Numbered from the stretch's first letter, positions 40,141 through 48,882 are shown. The stretch: DNA of 64,000 bases from Candidatus Omnitrophota bacterium (GCA_043815445.1 JBDRIY010000054.1:527-64526); one strand, 5' to 3'. Translations and numbers: made by a program. Notes: a model not told the origin generated them from the letters alone.

Positions 40141-41547
40141 CTATTCAATGCTATTCTTATTTCTTCTAAACTTAACTCCGCGAATAATCTTATCTGCCTC
40201 TTTATTAAATAACTTTATTTTTCCTGCTTTTTTGTAACATTTCATAAGAGCAAGGCTAACGCGATTATCATTCAAATTCATTTCTTTTGCTTTTATCAAT
40301 GCTTCTATAGCTTTTTTATAATGCCTTAAAGCCTCATAACAAAGGCCTAAAATTAGATAGGCTTTGCCCCCTTTGTAATTTAATTTGAAAACCCTTCTTA
40401 TATTTTTAATAGCTTCCTTATGTTTATGTAACTTCAAATATGCCTCACCAAGTTTTAAATAAGCTAAAATTTTATTCCCATCATCACAAGCGCTCTTTAA
40501 TTCATTTTTATATATTCTTATGGCTTTTCTTTCATCGCCTTTATCTCTTTTAATCGAATTATTCCTTTTTATTAAGACTGCTTTCTTAAATAATGATTCA
40601 CAATAACCGCAGGTATCGCATTTTAAATTACAATTAAGCATTTTCTTAAAAAAATAATTTTTAACCAGAATATCATAATCTATATATTCAAAATAAGAAA
40701 GGCCCGGACAGTCCAGTATTTCCAAAAGATTACCTCTAAAATGTTTACTAATATAAGCCTTGAGGCATAATTCAATTCTCTTTGTAGAAAAAACTCTCGT
40801 TGATAACTTATAATGATTTACAAATTTATCATAACAATCTAATGCGTCTGGCGGTATAAAAGGTACACGGAATACTTTTAAGGAGTTTTTTAAATATACT
40901 TCAATGCAAAATTTATCAGGAAAAACACCTTCTATGATTTTTCCTCGAGATTTTTCTCTATGTGATAAATAATTATAATGATTAACCCTATAAGGACAGT
41001 TGCCCAAACAACCCTCATTAAGCATTACTCGTATTTGAAGGCCGGTTCTCTTCTTTATCTCTTTTATTAAATTAATACTACGATTTATATCCCTATCAAT
41101 GGTTAATACATCTACGCCTAAATCTTTAAGATATAAGGCATGCTCAACGGTTTTCATATAACAGTTAACGGACGACTCTATTATTATACCGCTAATTTCC
41201 TTTTTGATTTTACTAATATAAATAGGGTTCGTAACTACCACAGAGCTAAGCCCTTTATCTCTCAATCTTTTTACATAATCCAATATATTATTAAAAAAAG
41301 TTCCGCTTAATCCAATAACGCCTTCACAGGTCGCGTTTAATAAAAGCTGTGGCCTGATATTTAAAGTATTACATTTTCTTATAATTTTCGGAATCTGTCT
41401 TGTATATGACTTTGGCTCCTGTTGATCCCTTCCAGAACCCAAATATAGCTGCGGTATAGGAAAATAAAAAGCTTCTATATTATCCTTATATGCGCCAATA
41501 AGGTCTAACATTTTAATATCATAGTTATATCCTATAGAGAATTTCAT
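40141..41547 (-). CDS. peptidase-U32-family protein (collagenase-like TIM barrel, Cys cluster) with C-terminal TPR repeats
   Basis: IEAFYFPIPQLYLGSGR ... VVVTNPIYI ... SVNCYM ... IRVMLNEGCLGNCPYRVNHYNYLS follows the U32 block order. CDTCGYCE, then TPR-like helices. Confidence 0.55.
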   Translation of the reverse strand: MKFSIGYNYDIKMLDLIGAYKDNIEAFYFPIPQLYLGSGRDQQEPKSYTRQIPKIIRKCNTLNIRPQLLLNATCEGVIGLSGTFFNNILDYVKRLRDKGLSSVVVTNPIYISKIKKEISGIIIESSVNCYMKTVEHALYLKDLGVDVLTIDRDINRSINLIKEIKKRTGLQIRVMLNEGCLGNCPYRVNHYNYLSHREKSRGKIIEGVFPDKFCIEVYLKNSLKVFRVPFIPPDALDCYDKFVNHYKLSTRVFSTKRIELCLKAYISKHFRGNLLEILDCPGLSYFEYIDYDILVKNYFFKKMLNCNLKCDTCGYCESLFKKAVLIKRNNSIKRDKGDERKAIRIYKNELKSACDDGNKILAYLKLGEAYLKLHKHKEAIKNIRRVFKLNYKGGKAYLILGLCYEALRHYKKAIEALIKAKEMNLNDNRVSLALMKCYKKAGKIKLFNKEADKIIRGVKFRRNKNSIE

Positions 41548-41565
41548 TATCTTAAAATTAATAAA

Positions 41566-41790
41566 TTATGAATTTGAACATCTAGCAGTGCAGTTCTCTT
41601 GGGTAGGTCCAGGCACAGATCTGCAGTATCCGCTTCCCTTTGACGTACAAATCTTCTCCATCCCATCGACAGTACGGAGAGCACCGCCGTCAAGCCAGCC
41701 ATCATCGTAACAGTCACAACTTAATACTGCTTGTTCAATATTAAGTTTTACTTTTGTTATTTCCAGCTTAAATTTTAGTTTTTTAGGCAT
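41566..41790 (-). CDS. candidate RiPP precursor peptide 2
   Basis: MPKKLKFKLEITKVKLNIEQAVLSCDCYD leader. Core has 4 further Cys and ends CSNS. AGGAGGTG RBS. Confidence 0.6.
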   Translation of the reverse strand: MPKKLKFKLEITKVKLNIEQAVLSCDCYDDGWLDGGALRTVDGMEKICTSKGSGYCRSVPGPTQENCTARCSNS

Positions 41791-42048
41791 TTCTCACCTC
41801 CTTGTAATAGAATCACACTACTTTGTTAAAGACTCAAAACATATCCCTTTAAACCTTAAATTCTATAAAACTCAAAATGAATTCCCTTGAGGTAAATATG
41901 ATTTAAAATTTAGATCTAAGCTTAATTTTGCTAAAAAACTTGTTGATGAAATATAACATAAGGTGTCAGCTTTTCTTATCAGCACAATTAGATTAGATAT
42001 TCTAAATCCTAAAAAAATAAATCTCCAAATCGATAAATACAAAAGAGT

Positions 42049-42255
42049 TTAAGATGTGTGACAAGATGAATCGCACTGCGTCCTCCTCGTCATCGTACGA
42101 GTAGCCGGATCGCACACCATTAAATTTGGCAGTCTCGCACGATGTGAACTTCCCTCCCTGCCACTCCATTGGTAACAACCGCAATATAACACTGCCTGCT
42201 CCACTTTGAGTTTTATCTGTATAATTTCCGGCTTAAATTTTAGCTTTCTAAACAC
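42049..42255 (-). CDS. candidate RiPP precursor peptide 3
   Basis: MFRKLKFKPEIIQIKLKVEQAVLYCGCYQW leader. Core has 3 further Cys and ends SCHTS. GGGAGGT RBS. Confidence 0.6.
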   Translation of the reverse strand: MFRKLKFKPEIIQIKLKVEQAVLYCGCYQWSGREGSSHRARLPNLMVCDPATRTMTRRTQCDSSCHTS

Positions 42256-42289
42256 TTCTTACCTCCCTTTTTAAACCTCTACTATTTAT

Positions 42290-43894
42290 TTATCTAAGTA
42301 TAAATATCTGAATTGCCTCAAGCCTATTGGGGTAATAAATAGTTTTGATTGGCCTTTCATCTGGATATTCTTTTTTAAAAAAATTAAACTGCCGAGCAAA
42401 TAAACCGCCCCAATAATCCTGATGATGAGATTCCGGGGCCCAAAGAACATAAATTCTTTTTTTTTGTTCTTTTTCGCCTTGAACTAAACGAAAATAATAA
42501 TATTTATCTATTTTTCCTTTTTCCCAAAGGTAATAATTAAGGTAAAAATCCGTTGTCATTCTGCTATCTTGAATTATAACATAATCTTTAATATCATCCA
42601 ACTGGCTTAAATACTCCGCGGCCTGTTGACAGCCATAACTGTTATGCCGGCACTGATTTAAATCCAAAGACGCGGCATAACAAAATCTTGTCCATTGCGT
42701 CATCTCAGTAACGATTAAACTAAAACAAAGCGCGCCCGCGGTAATCAGGATAAACGCTCTCCTAATTCCTTGTTTTTGGAAACTATAACTAAACATTTGA
42801 GAAATAAATTTAGCGACAATAATTACCATCGGCGGTAAAATAATAAGGACGTATCTTGGTTGGAAAAAACTCACTCCGCTTAGAACTCCCGCAAACCCTA
42901 AAATCAGCCAAATTAAAAGAAGCTTATCCGCTGTTTTCCTTTGGAAAAAAGAAATAATACAAGATACAGTTAGAAGAAAAAATACTATCGGGTGCGCCAG
43001 TAAAGGAGCTTTTAATGCCCGGCCGTAAAGCAAAGATGAACTTTTAAAGTTAAAGAATAAATCTTTGAAGGCAAAGGCAGTATTATTTGTAATATTTGCC
43101 CAAATGTTAGCGAATAGGTTGCTTGTAAAGATATTCACCTGATACCCGCGGTAAAAGTCTCTCCAAAATTTATCTCCTATTGTTATAATTTTATAAATAA
43201 AAGGCAGGATAAATAAAGAAACAATTAGCAATAATGCAATGCCTGTTTTGGGGCTTAAAAAGCTTTTTCTTTCTCCCATAATCCAAAATAATGACACAAA
43301 AAGTATCGGAATAAAAATAATCGCGGATTCATAGCTTGTCAAAGACCCTTGCAGAGAAAAACAAGATAGCAAAAACCATAATCCGGCCCATATTTTTTCT
43401 TTATTCTTGATTGCCTGCAAGGCTTTAAATAAACTTAAAAAAATCAAACAGCCAAAAAAGGGAATCCAGATCACCCTGCCCATAGTCCTGCTATGAATTA
43501 AATGCCAAGGAAGAAAGCATAATAAAAGTGAAGATATAAGGGCTGTTGGACGGCCATACATATATCTTGCCAATATATATAACAATACAACTGTGGCCGC
43601 CCCTATGATTATTGGTTCAAAACGGCAATGGACTATAAAGTTATTTAGGGTAAATGTTTCCGGCACAGATACGCGCAGAGCTAAAAAAACCCGTAAAAAA
43701 TAAGGTAGAAAGGGAAAGGAAATTACAGGAATACCTATAATTTCCTTAATAAATTCCGGCCTTTTCAGCAAAAACCTTGCCCAATTCGCTTCATCATGAT
43801 TTATAGGTAGTATTTCTATATTGTAAAATCTTATAATAAACGCGCCGATAAAAATACTAGTAATTAATAAAATATCCGGCAGCGATCGCTTCAT
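42290..43894 (-). CDS. GT-C-fold membrane glycosyltransferase (PMT/ArnT-like), paralog 2, 34 nt upstream of peptide 3
   Basis: ~75-80% identical to paralog 1 by eye. Same NHDEANWAR and PWHLIHSR blocks. Confidence 0.55.
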   Translation of the reverse strand: MKRSLPDILLITSIFIGAFIIRFYNIEILPINHDEANWARFLLKRPEFIKEIIGIPVISFPFLPYFLRVFLALRVSVPETFTLNNFIVHCRFEPIIIGAATVVLLYILARYMYGRPTALISSLLLCFLPWHLIHSRTMGRVIWIPFFGCLIFLSLFKALQAIKNKEKIWAGLWFLLSCFSLQGSLTSYESAIIFIPILFVSLFWIMGERKSFLSPKTGIALLLIVSLFILPFIYKIITIGDKFWRDFYRGYQVNIFTSNLFANIWANITNNTAFAFKDLFFNFKSSSLLYGRALKAPLLAHPIVFFLLTVSCIISFFQRKTADKLLLIWLILGFAGVLSGVSFFQPRYVLIILPPMVIIVAKFISQMFSYSFQKQGIRRAFILITAGALCFSLIVTEMTQWTRFCYAASLDLNQCRHNSYGCQQAAEYLSQLDDIKDYVIIQDSRMTTDFYLNYYLWEKGKIDKYYYFRLVQGEKEQKKRIYVLWAPESHHQDYWGGLFARQFNFFKKEYPDERPIKTIYYPNRLEAIQIFILR

Positions 43895-43984
43895 TTTGAA
43901 AAGTTTTTCTCTTTTTTGCTAGTTAAAACACGTTAGGTATATATCCTGGACTTTTTCATTGACCTTATTTACATTCTTATGATA

Positions 43985-44158
43985 TAATCTCTTTATGCCA
44001 AATATATTATGGACTGTTTCTTCAAAGTTTGGTAAATCTATTAGGTTAACTTCGAAAGTTTGGTTTGAAAAAATTCTTTTAGAGCATCCTGAATTCTCTA
44101 TTTTACCTGAATATTCAGATGAATTACGAAAAACCAGGGAAGTAAAATGGCGCAAATA
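43985..44158 (+). CDS. small ORF (57 aa), possible toxin partner of the DUF2283-like gene
   Basis: Found by hand, not in the ORF track. MPNILWTVSSKFGKSIRLTSKVWFEKILLEHPEF... Overlaps the downstream ATG by 11 nt (AAATGGCGCAAATAA). Confidence 0.3.
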
Positions 44159-44362
44159 AATATTGTAAAAAGAACTAAGCTGAATTATGACTCGGAAAGC
44201 GATGTGCTTTATATTAATTTTGATCAGCCTCAATCTGCTGATGACAGCGATATCACTGACGAAGGAGTAATTATTCGCCTCAGGGAAAATAAAATTGTCG
44301 GGCTGACTATTCTTAATGCCGCTAAGGCGCTGGTAAGTCATCCTAAACATAAACACTCCTAA
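44147..44362 (+). CDS. DUF2283-like small protein (putative antitoxin-type partner)
   Basis: 71 aa. KLNYDSESDVLYINFDQP...EGVIIRLRENKIVGLTILNA matches the DUF2283 pattern (Y D xxx D xLYI). Confidence 0.5.
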   Translation: MAQINIVKRTKLNYDSESDVLYINFDQPQSADDSDITDEGVIIRLRENKIVGLTILNAAKALVSHPKHKHS

Positions 44363-45843
44363 CTCGCGCTAAACCGGGGATATAAAATTCTCAACTTTTC
44401 CTCTATAATCATCATTTTCTTCTCAATTTTATACAACCCCCTATCTCTTCCATTTTTCTTCTGCCGCAGTCTTTTTGTTTTCAAAAATCCTTTTTTAAAT
44501 TCCTGATATCTATCGCTTATATATTGAATAAGCTCAAATTTGTTTTTAAGATATGGCAAAACCTTGAAAAGCCGCGATAGAACTTCTAGATTACTATAGC
44601 CTGTTCTAATAGCATCCTTATAAAAACCAGCGGCATCATCATATTTTTCTTCATACTCAAAGACGTGGCCTAAAAAATAATAGCTTTGCGCTTGTAAAGG
44701 TTCCAAAGCGCAGTATCGCAGTAACAATTTCTTGGCCTTATTAAAATTTTTTAAATTAAACTCTGTTTTTGCCAGTCCAAACATACTTTCTTTTTGGGCC
44801 TTACTAAATAAACTATCTTTTGTTAAATTTAAAGGTAAAGAAAAATATTTTTTTGCTTTTTTGAAATCTTTTCTTTCTAAAGCAATATTACCTACGCCCC
44901 ATAGTGAGGCTGGATTTTTAGGGTCAACCCGCAATATTTTCAAGAATTCCTTTTCAGCAAGGATAAACTTTCTTAAGGATAAATAAAGCGGGCCGTAATT
45001 ATTATCTTCCGCCCTATAACCGGAATTTATTTCTACTGCTTTACGATAATACTCTTTCTTTCCTGTGGAATAAAAAAGGTTAAAATATTCAGCGGCCTTA
45101 GTATTAATCGAATATCTTTTTTTAAACTTCTCGGGAAAAAAATAATAAGCGATTTCATCCCCTAAATGTTTATATTTCATTGGGGTATAACCGCCATTTA
45201 CTGAATAAGCAATGGTAGTAACTACAGGCCGCCGGACTTTGTCTTTAAGGATATTTACCAATTCCTGAGGTAGAATCCAAGGCCGCCTTTTGCCTATTTT
45301 TATGGTATTATTCGCGTTTAAAAGGCTGTCCACAACTAAAAAATCCGTATCGATGTCCAATAGAATAGGCTGTTCTAAGAATGGTAATTTATCCAACACA
45401 CAAACAATAAACTTTCTTCCTAAAATTTCAGCTGACGCCCAACCGTCTTTTACTATGAGAGATTTTTTATTCTCTTTTTTTATGAAATTTTTGAGGCTAT
45501 TCTTAACAATTTTTAAGGACATTTTAAATTCCTTTAATTCGCCGGGGATAACCCAATAAAAATTCTTAACAATACCTTCTTGAATTGCTGGATAAATATA
45601 ATTTCCGATATTAGTTTGCTTATCAAAGTTTTTTTCATAACGTGTAAAAGCAAGGCTGTATTCTAAATTTCTTTTTAACTCCCGCAAACTTTTTGCCTGG
45701 CTAAATACCTCTTTTATTGGTTTTGCTGGACAAAAACCAAAGTCCATATGAGCGTCAATGTGCACTAAATCAAGGTTTTTAACCCCTCTTTTCCGCCATA
45801 CCGCTAATGCTTGATCGTGATCTTCAATAATATTAATATCCAC
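44359..45843 (-). CDS. protein with arginase/deacetylase-fold-like N-domain (LVHIDAHMDFG) and C-terminal TPR repeats
   Basis: D-A-H-x-D metal-site-like motif. TPR-like helices in the last 200 aa. Confidence 0.35.
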   Translation of the reverse strand: MDINIIEDHDQALAVWRKRGVKNLDLVHIDAHMDFGFCPAKPIKEVFSQAKSLRELKRNLEYSLAFTRYEKNFDKQTNIGNYIYPAIQEGIVKNFYWVIPGELKEFKMSLKIVKNSLKNFIKKENKKSLIVKDGWASAEILGRKFIVCVLDKLPFLEQPILLDIDTDFLVVDSLLNANNTIKIGKRRPWILPQELVNILKDKVRRPVVTTIAYSVNGGYTPMKYKHLGDEIAYYFFPEKFKKRYSINTKAAEYFNLFYSTGKKEYYRKAVEINSGYRAEDNNYGPLYLSLRKFILAEKEFLKILRVDPKNPASLWGVGNIALERKDFKKAKKYFSLPLNLTKDSLFSKAQKESMFGLAKTEFNLKNFNKAKKLLLRYCALEPLQAQSYYFLGHVFEYEEKYDDAAGFYKDAIRTGYSNLEVLSRLFKVLPYLKNKFELIQYISDRYQEFKKGFLKTKRLRQKKNGRDRGLYKIEKKMMIIEEKLRILYPRFSAS

Positions 45844-45992
45844 AATGTTTTAAACTATCTTTACGTAATTGTTCTGAAAATCAATCCATAACTATCTTTA
45901 CTGCAATAAGCTAACTTTTCCTTTTTATTCTTTCAAAAAATTCATTATAATTAATCTTTTTAAAACTATCAATGTTGCTGTTTGGGCTTACA

Positions 45993-46661
45993 TTATATAT
46001 ACTTTTTTTTATTCCGATAAATATTAAAAACATTCACTCCCTTTTTAGGAATAATAAGCGCCTTTTCCTTAGGAAGAATGACTTGTCTGCCGTTTACATT
46101 TACCTTACGAACAAGACAAACCCATGAATCTACGCGGCCAACCCCGTAAGACATATAAGATATTTTACCTTCATAAAAATGAGTTTTCTTTTGCGTTGGA
46201 TGACAAATGCCAAAATCATATCCTAATAAATAAATTTCATCGCGCTCCTCCTTCATTGCTATGGAAAGCGCGAAAATTCCAACATTAGTTACTTGCCTGT
46301 AATACACTTTATCCTTTTGCTTTCTCTTAGAATAAGTGTAAGCATAAAGCTTTACTTTTGCCAAAAATGGATATTTCTTTACTGTTTTTTGTTCAAAATG
46401 CCCTTGAACGCTATGCAGGCTCACGCCCTGTCTGCTTAATTCCTGCATATAATTAATATTATTCTTAAGAAAAAACCAATCAGTCCATATTTGCCGTTTA
46501 GGTAAGTAGGGCATAGCGCGAACAGCATAATTCAGAGACCATATTTCTTCATTTTCTATTTTCTTCCATAAATCCTTCTTTAACCCTTCAGTCACACTAT
46601 AACCTCCCCCGATTAATATCACTCGTCTTCGTTTACTTTTGCTTTTATTTCTATTTTCCAT
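45993..46661 (-). CDS. hypothetical protein
   Basis: Coherent ORF with a basic N-terminus. No confident family. Confidence 0.3.
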   Translation of the reverse strand: MENRNKSKSKRRRVILIGGGYSVTEGLKKDLWKKIENEEIWSLNYAVRAMPYLPKRQIWTDWFFLKNNINYMQELSRQGVSLHSVQGHFEQKTVKKYPFLAKVKLYAYTYSKRKQKDKVYYRQVTNVGIFALSIAMKEERDEIYLLGYDFGICHPTQKKTHFYEGKISYMSYGVGRVDSWVCLVRKVNVNGRQVILPKEKALIIPKKGVNVFNIYRNKKKYI

Positions 46662-46706
46662 TGCATTTTTCTGCTATGCAGATCCAATAAGTTATGAAAA
46701 GTTTAC

Positions 46707-48292
46707 TCAGTGTATAAAAAATTTATATATTTTAGCTCCTGAACTAACTAAAGGAGCAATTATGCTAATAAACCGGTTAATAAGCCTTGTCTTAACGCTC
46801 TCAAAACTAATTATTTTTTTATTTTTTATAATACCCATAACCTTACCTAAAAACATTTCCTCAGGGACAAGCTGAGCCGCTGATATAGAATTATCTCCAC
46901 GAATATAAAACAACTGTTTATTGCCTTGTTTACTTTTTTTACCAGGCGGTGGCAAACCTTTTGATTATCTTCCTGATATAAAATAATATCTCCTATTTTC
47001 AAACTTTCAGGCAAAATCTTTTTAATTATAAGCTTTTGACCTTGTTTTATGAACGGCCACATACTAAAGCCAGATGTTTCGAAAAAGGATAAATCATTGT
47101 CTAAATCTTTTTCTTTAGCTTTAAACGCTTTAACATTGGCTGTGAACGAGCTTATTACTTTAAAAAACATATAAAATAGGCGGCTTTTATAGAAAAAGTT
47201 AGCTTTTCGGCTATAAGCGTTAAGGCCGTAATAATTAGCAAATTGTTCCTGAGGAATGTTTAAAATATAATTTGCCGGCTCTTTAAACGTATCGTATAAC
47301 AAAAAATGCGATTTAAGATAAAGTTTTTTACGTTGAGTTTGCGCGTCCGGTAAAAAAGTGTATTTTTCTATAAAATTTTGAATTAATTTCTTTTTATATT
47401 TAGAAACATTCAATTCTTTCATCAAACGCTGATAAAAATTCAGGCCGCTAAGAAATTCTACCTGATAAAGAATAAAAAATAAAGCTGAGCAAAGCTCATA
47501 TTTCTTGCTGACATTTAGACAGTATTCCCAATCAAAAGTTTTTTCATACTTATTCAATAATAACGCGGCATCATAAACGTTTTTTAAGGATAATACCTTA
47601 CCAAATCTTCGCGCGTGCAAGGCTAAGCTAAAAAGAGTATCTTCCGGCGAAAGTAGTTTTATCGCCCTGCCTTCTCTATTAACTTCTCGAACCCTGTCCC
47701 AAATTTCCGGCAATATCGCCCTGCCTTTTCGCTTAAAATCAATACCCCAGTGAAGTTCAGTAACACATAATTTATTTTCTTTTTTAAAAACAAAAGTAAT
47801 ATGGCACTGATCTTGTTTCCAATATTCTTCAGTAAAACCGCCTAACTGTTTCTTATACCCTGCATCATATAATATTGACGCCCCCTTTTCAACATCCCCC
47901 TCTTTAACCAAAAAATCTATATCCGTCATCAGCCGCAAAGGCATCCGGATATATATATCCTCAAGCAATGCCGCGCCTTTAAGAGGTAAAAGCATAACTT
48001 CTGCCTGCTCAAAAGCAGTTAATATCCGCAAAAACTCCTGCCGGATACCTTGACAACGAACCAAAGCGCAATAATGGTTATTTTTCAAAAACTCTATTAA
48101 ATCCAAAGGCAACAACGAGCTAAAATCCTTAACTAAAGAATAAACAAAAGGCGTTAATTCATGATAATTAATAAACTCTTTAAATCTTTCCCAATTGATA
48201 GATTGAGAGTTCAATAATGTTTCAATATTATCTTCTTCTACACCAACTAATTTTCTGACAACAGCTTTAATAAACTCTATTTCAGGAATCAT
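46707..48292 (-). pseudogene. PF14907-type nucleotidyltransferase fused to an S24/S26-like peptidase domain, split by a frameshift in an A7/T7 run (~46932..46938)
   Basis: N-terminus LLPLKGAALLEDIYIRMPLRLMTDIDFLV (NTP_transf_5-like). The C-terminus of the 481-aa ORF has GFSMWPF ... IGDIILY ... CHRLVKKV. The overlapping 82-aa ORF continues YIRGDNSISAAQLVPEEMFLGKV (signal-peptidase boxes D and E). Confidence 0.5.
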
Positions 48293-48322
48293 TTTTTAAT
48301 AATAGTTAAGAACAAAATAATT

Positions 48323-48589
48323 TTAGAAAGTATCTTCATGCTTTGCTATAGTAAGAATAAAAGCGCTATCGCCCATACGCCGATAAACACATCTATAATT
48401 CATAGTTATACTGAATTCCCAGTGGTCTATAGTTCCTTTTATGGGTTTGTGCCTAAGGGAAGGATGACGGGGATTCTTCATAAGAGTATCAAGGCACCAA
48501 TAGAACTTTTCTCTTATTTGCTTTGATAACCCCTTCTTGTTTTTAAGCTTCTTTTTTAAAGGGCCGGGGATATAAATTTCTCTGATCAT
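48323..48589 (-). CDS. RelE/ParE-family toxin
   Basis: 88 aa. ...NPRHPSLRHKPIKGTIDHWEFSITMNYRCVYRRMGDSAFILTIAKHEDTF matches the RelE/ParE fold pattern. Confidence 0.6.
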   Translation of the reverse strand: MIREIYIPGPLKKKLKNKKGLSKQIREKFYWCLDTLMKNPRHPSLRHKPIKGTIDHWEFSITMNYRCVYRRMGDSAFILTIAKHEDTF

Positions 48590-48882
48590 CCTTCAATGTC
48601 TTTTTTCAAATCCTCAACTGATTTATAGGTTGAAAAATCTCCCTTTTTAAAGGCCTCTTCCGACTCTTTAATTTCTTTTTGACATTCCGGACTGAAAAAA
48701 TATCTCTGGTCCTTGTTAACAAAAACTAAAGGTGTTACCACTATCTGGCCATTCCGGACAGCAAGCTTTACAAAATCTCCGTCTTTAATTCCCAAAAGTT
48801 TCCGGATTTCTCTGGGAATGGTAAAATGTCCATTTCTTGCAATTTCTCTCACTATTTGCTTCATCTTCTCTTTCACCTCCAC
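48586..48882 (-). CDS. AbrB/MazE/SpoVT-family antitoxin
   Basis: HFTIPREIRKLLGIKDGDFVKLAVRNGQIVVTP swapped-hairpin motif. 4-nt overlap with the toxin gene. Confidence 0.6.
   Translation of the reverse strand: MEVKEKMKQIVREIARNGHFTIPREIRKLLGIKDGDFVKLAVRNGQIVVTPLVFVNKDQRYFFSPECQKEIKESEEAFKKGDFSTYKSVEDLKKDIEG

Noticed and set aside
42002-42184. 60-aa ORF overlapping precursor peptide 3 in another frame
   Set aside because: Frame-shifted overlap of the peptide gene. Peptide 3 has the conserved leader and RBS, and this ORF has neither.
43919-44356. 145-aa minus-strand ORF
   Set aside because: Overlaps the better-supported + strand DUF2283-like gene and its small partner. No motifs.
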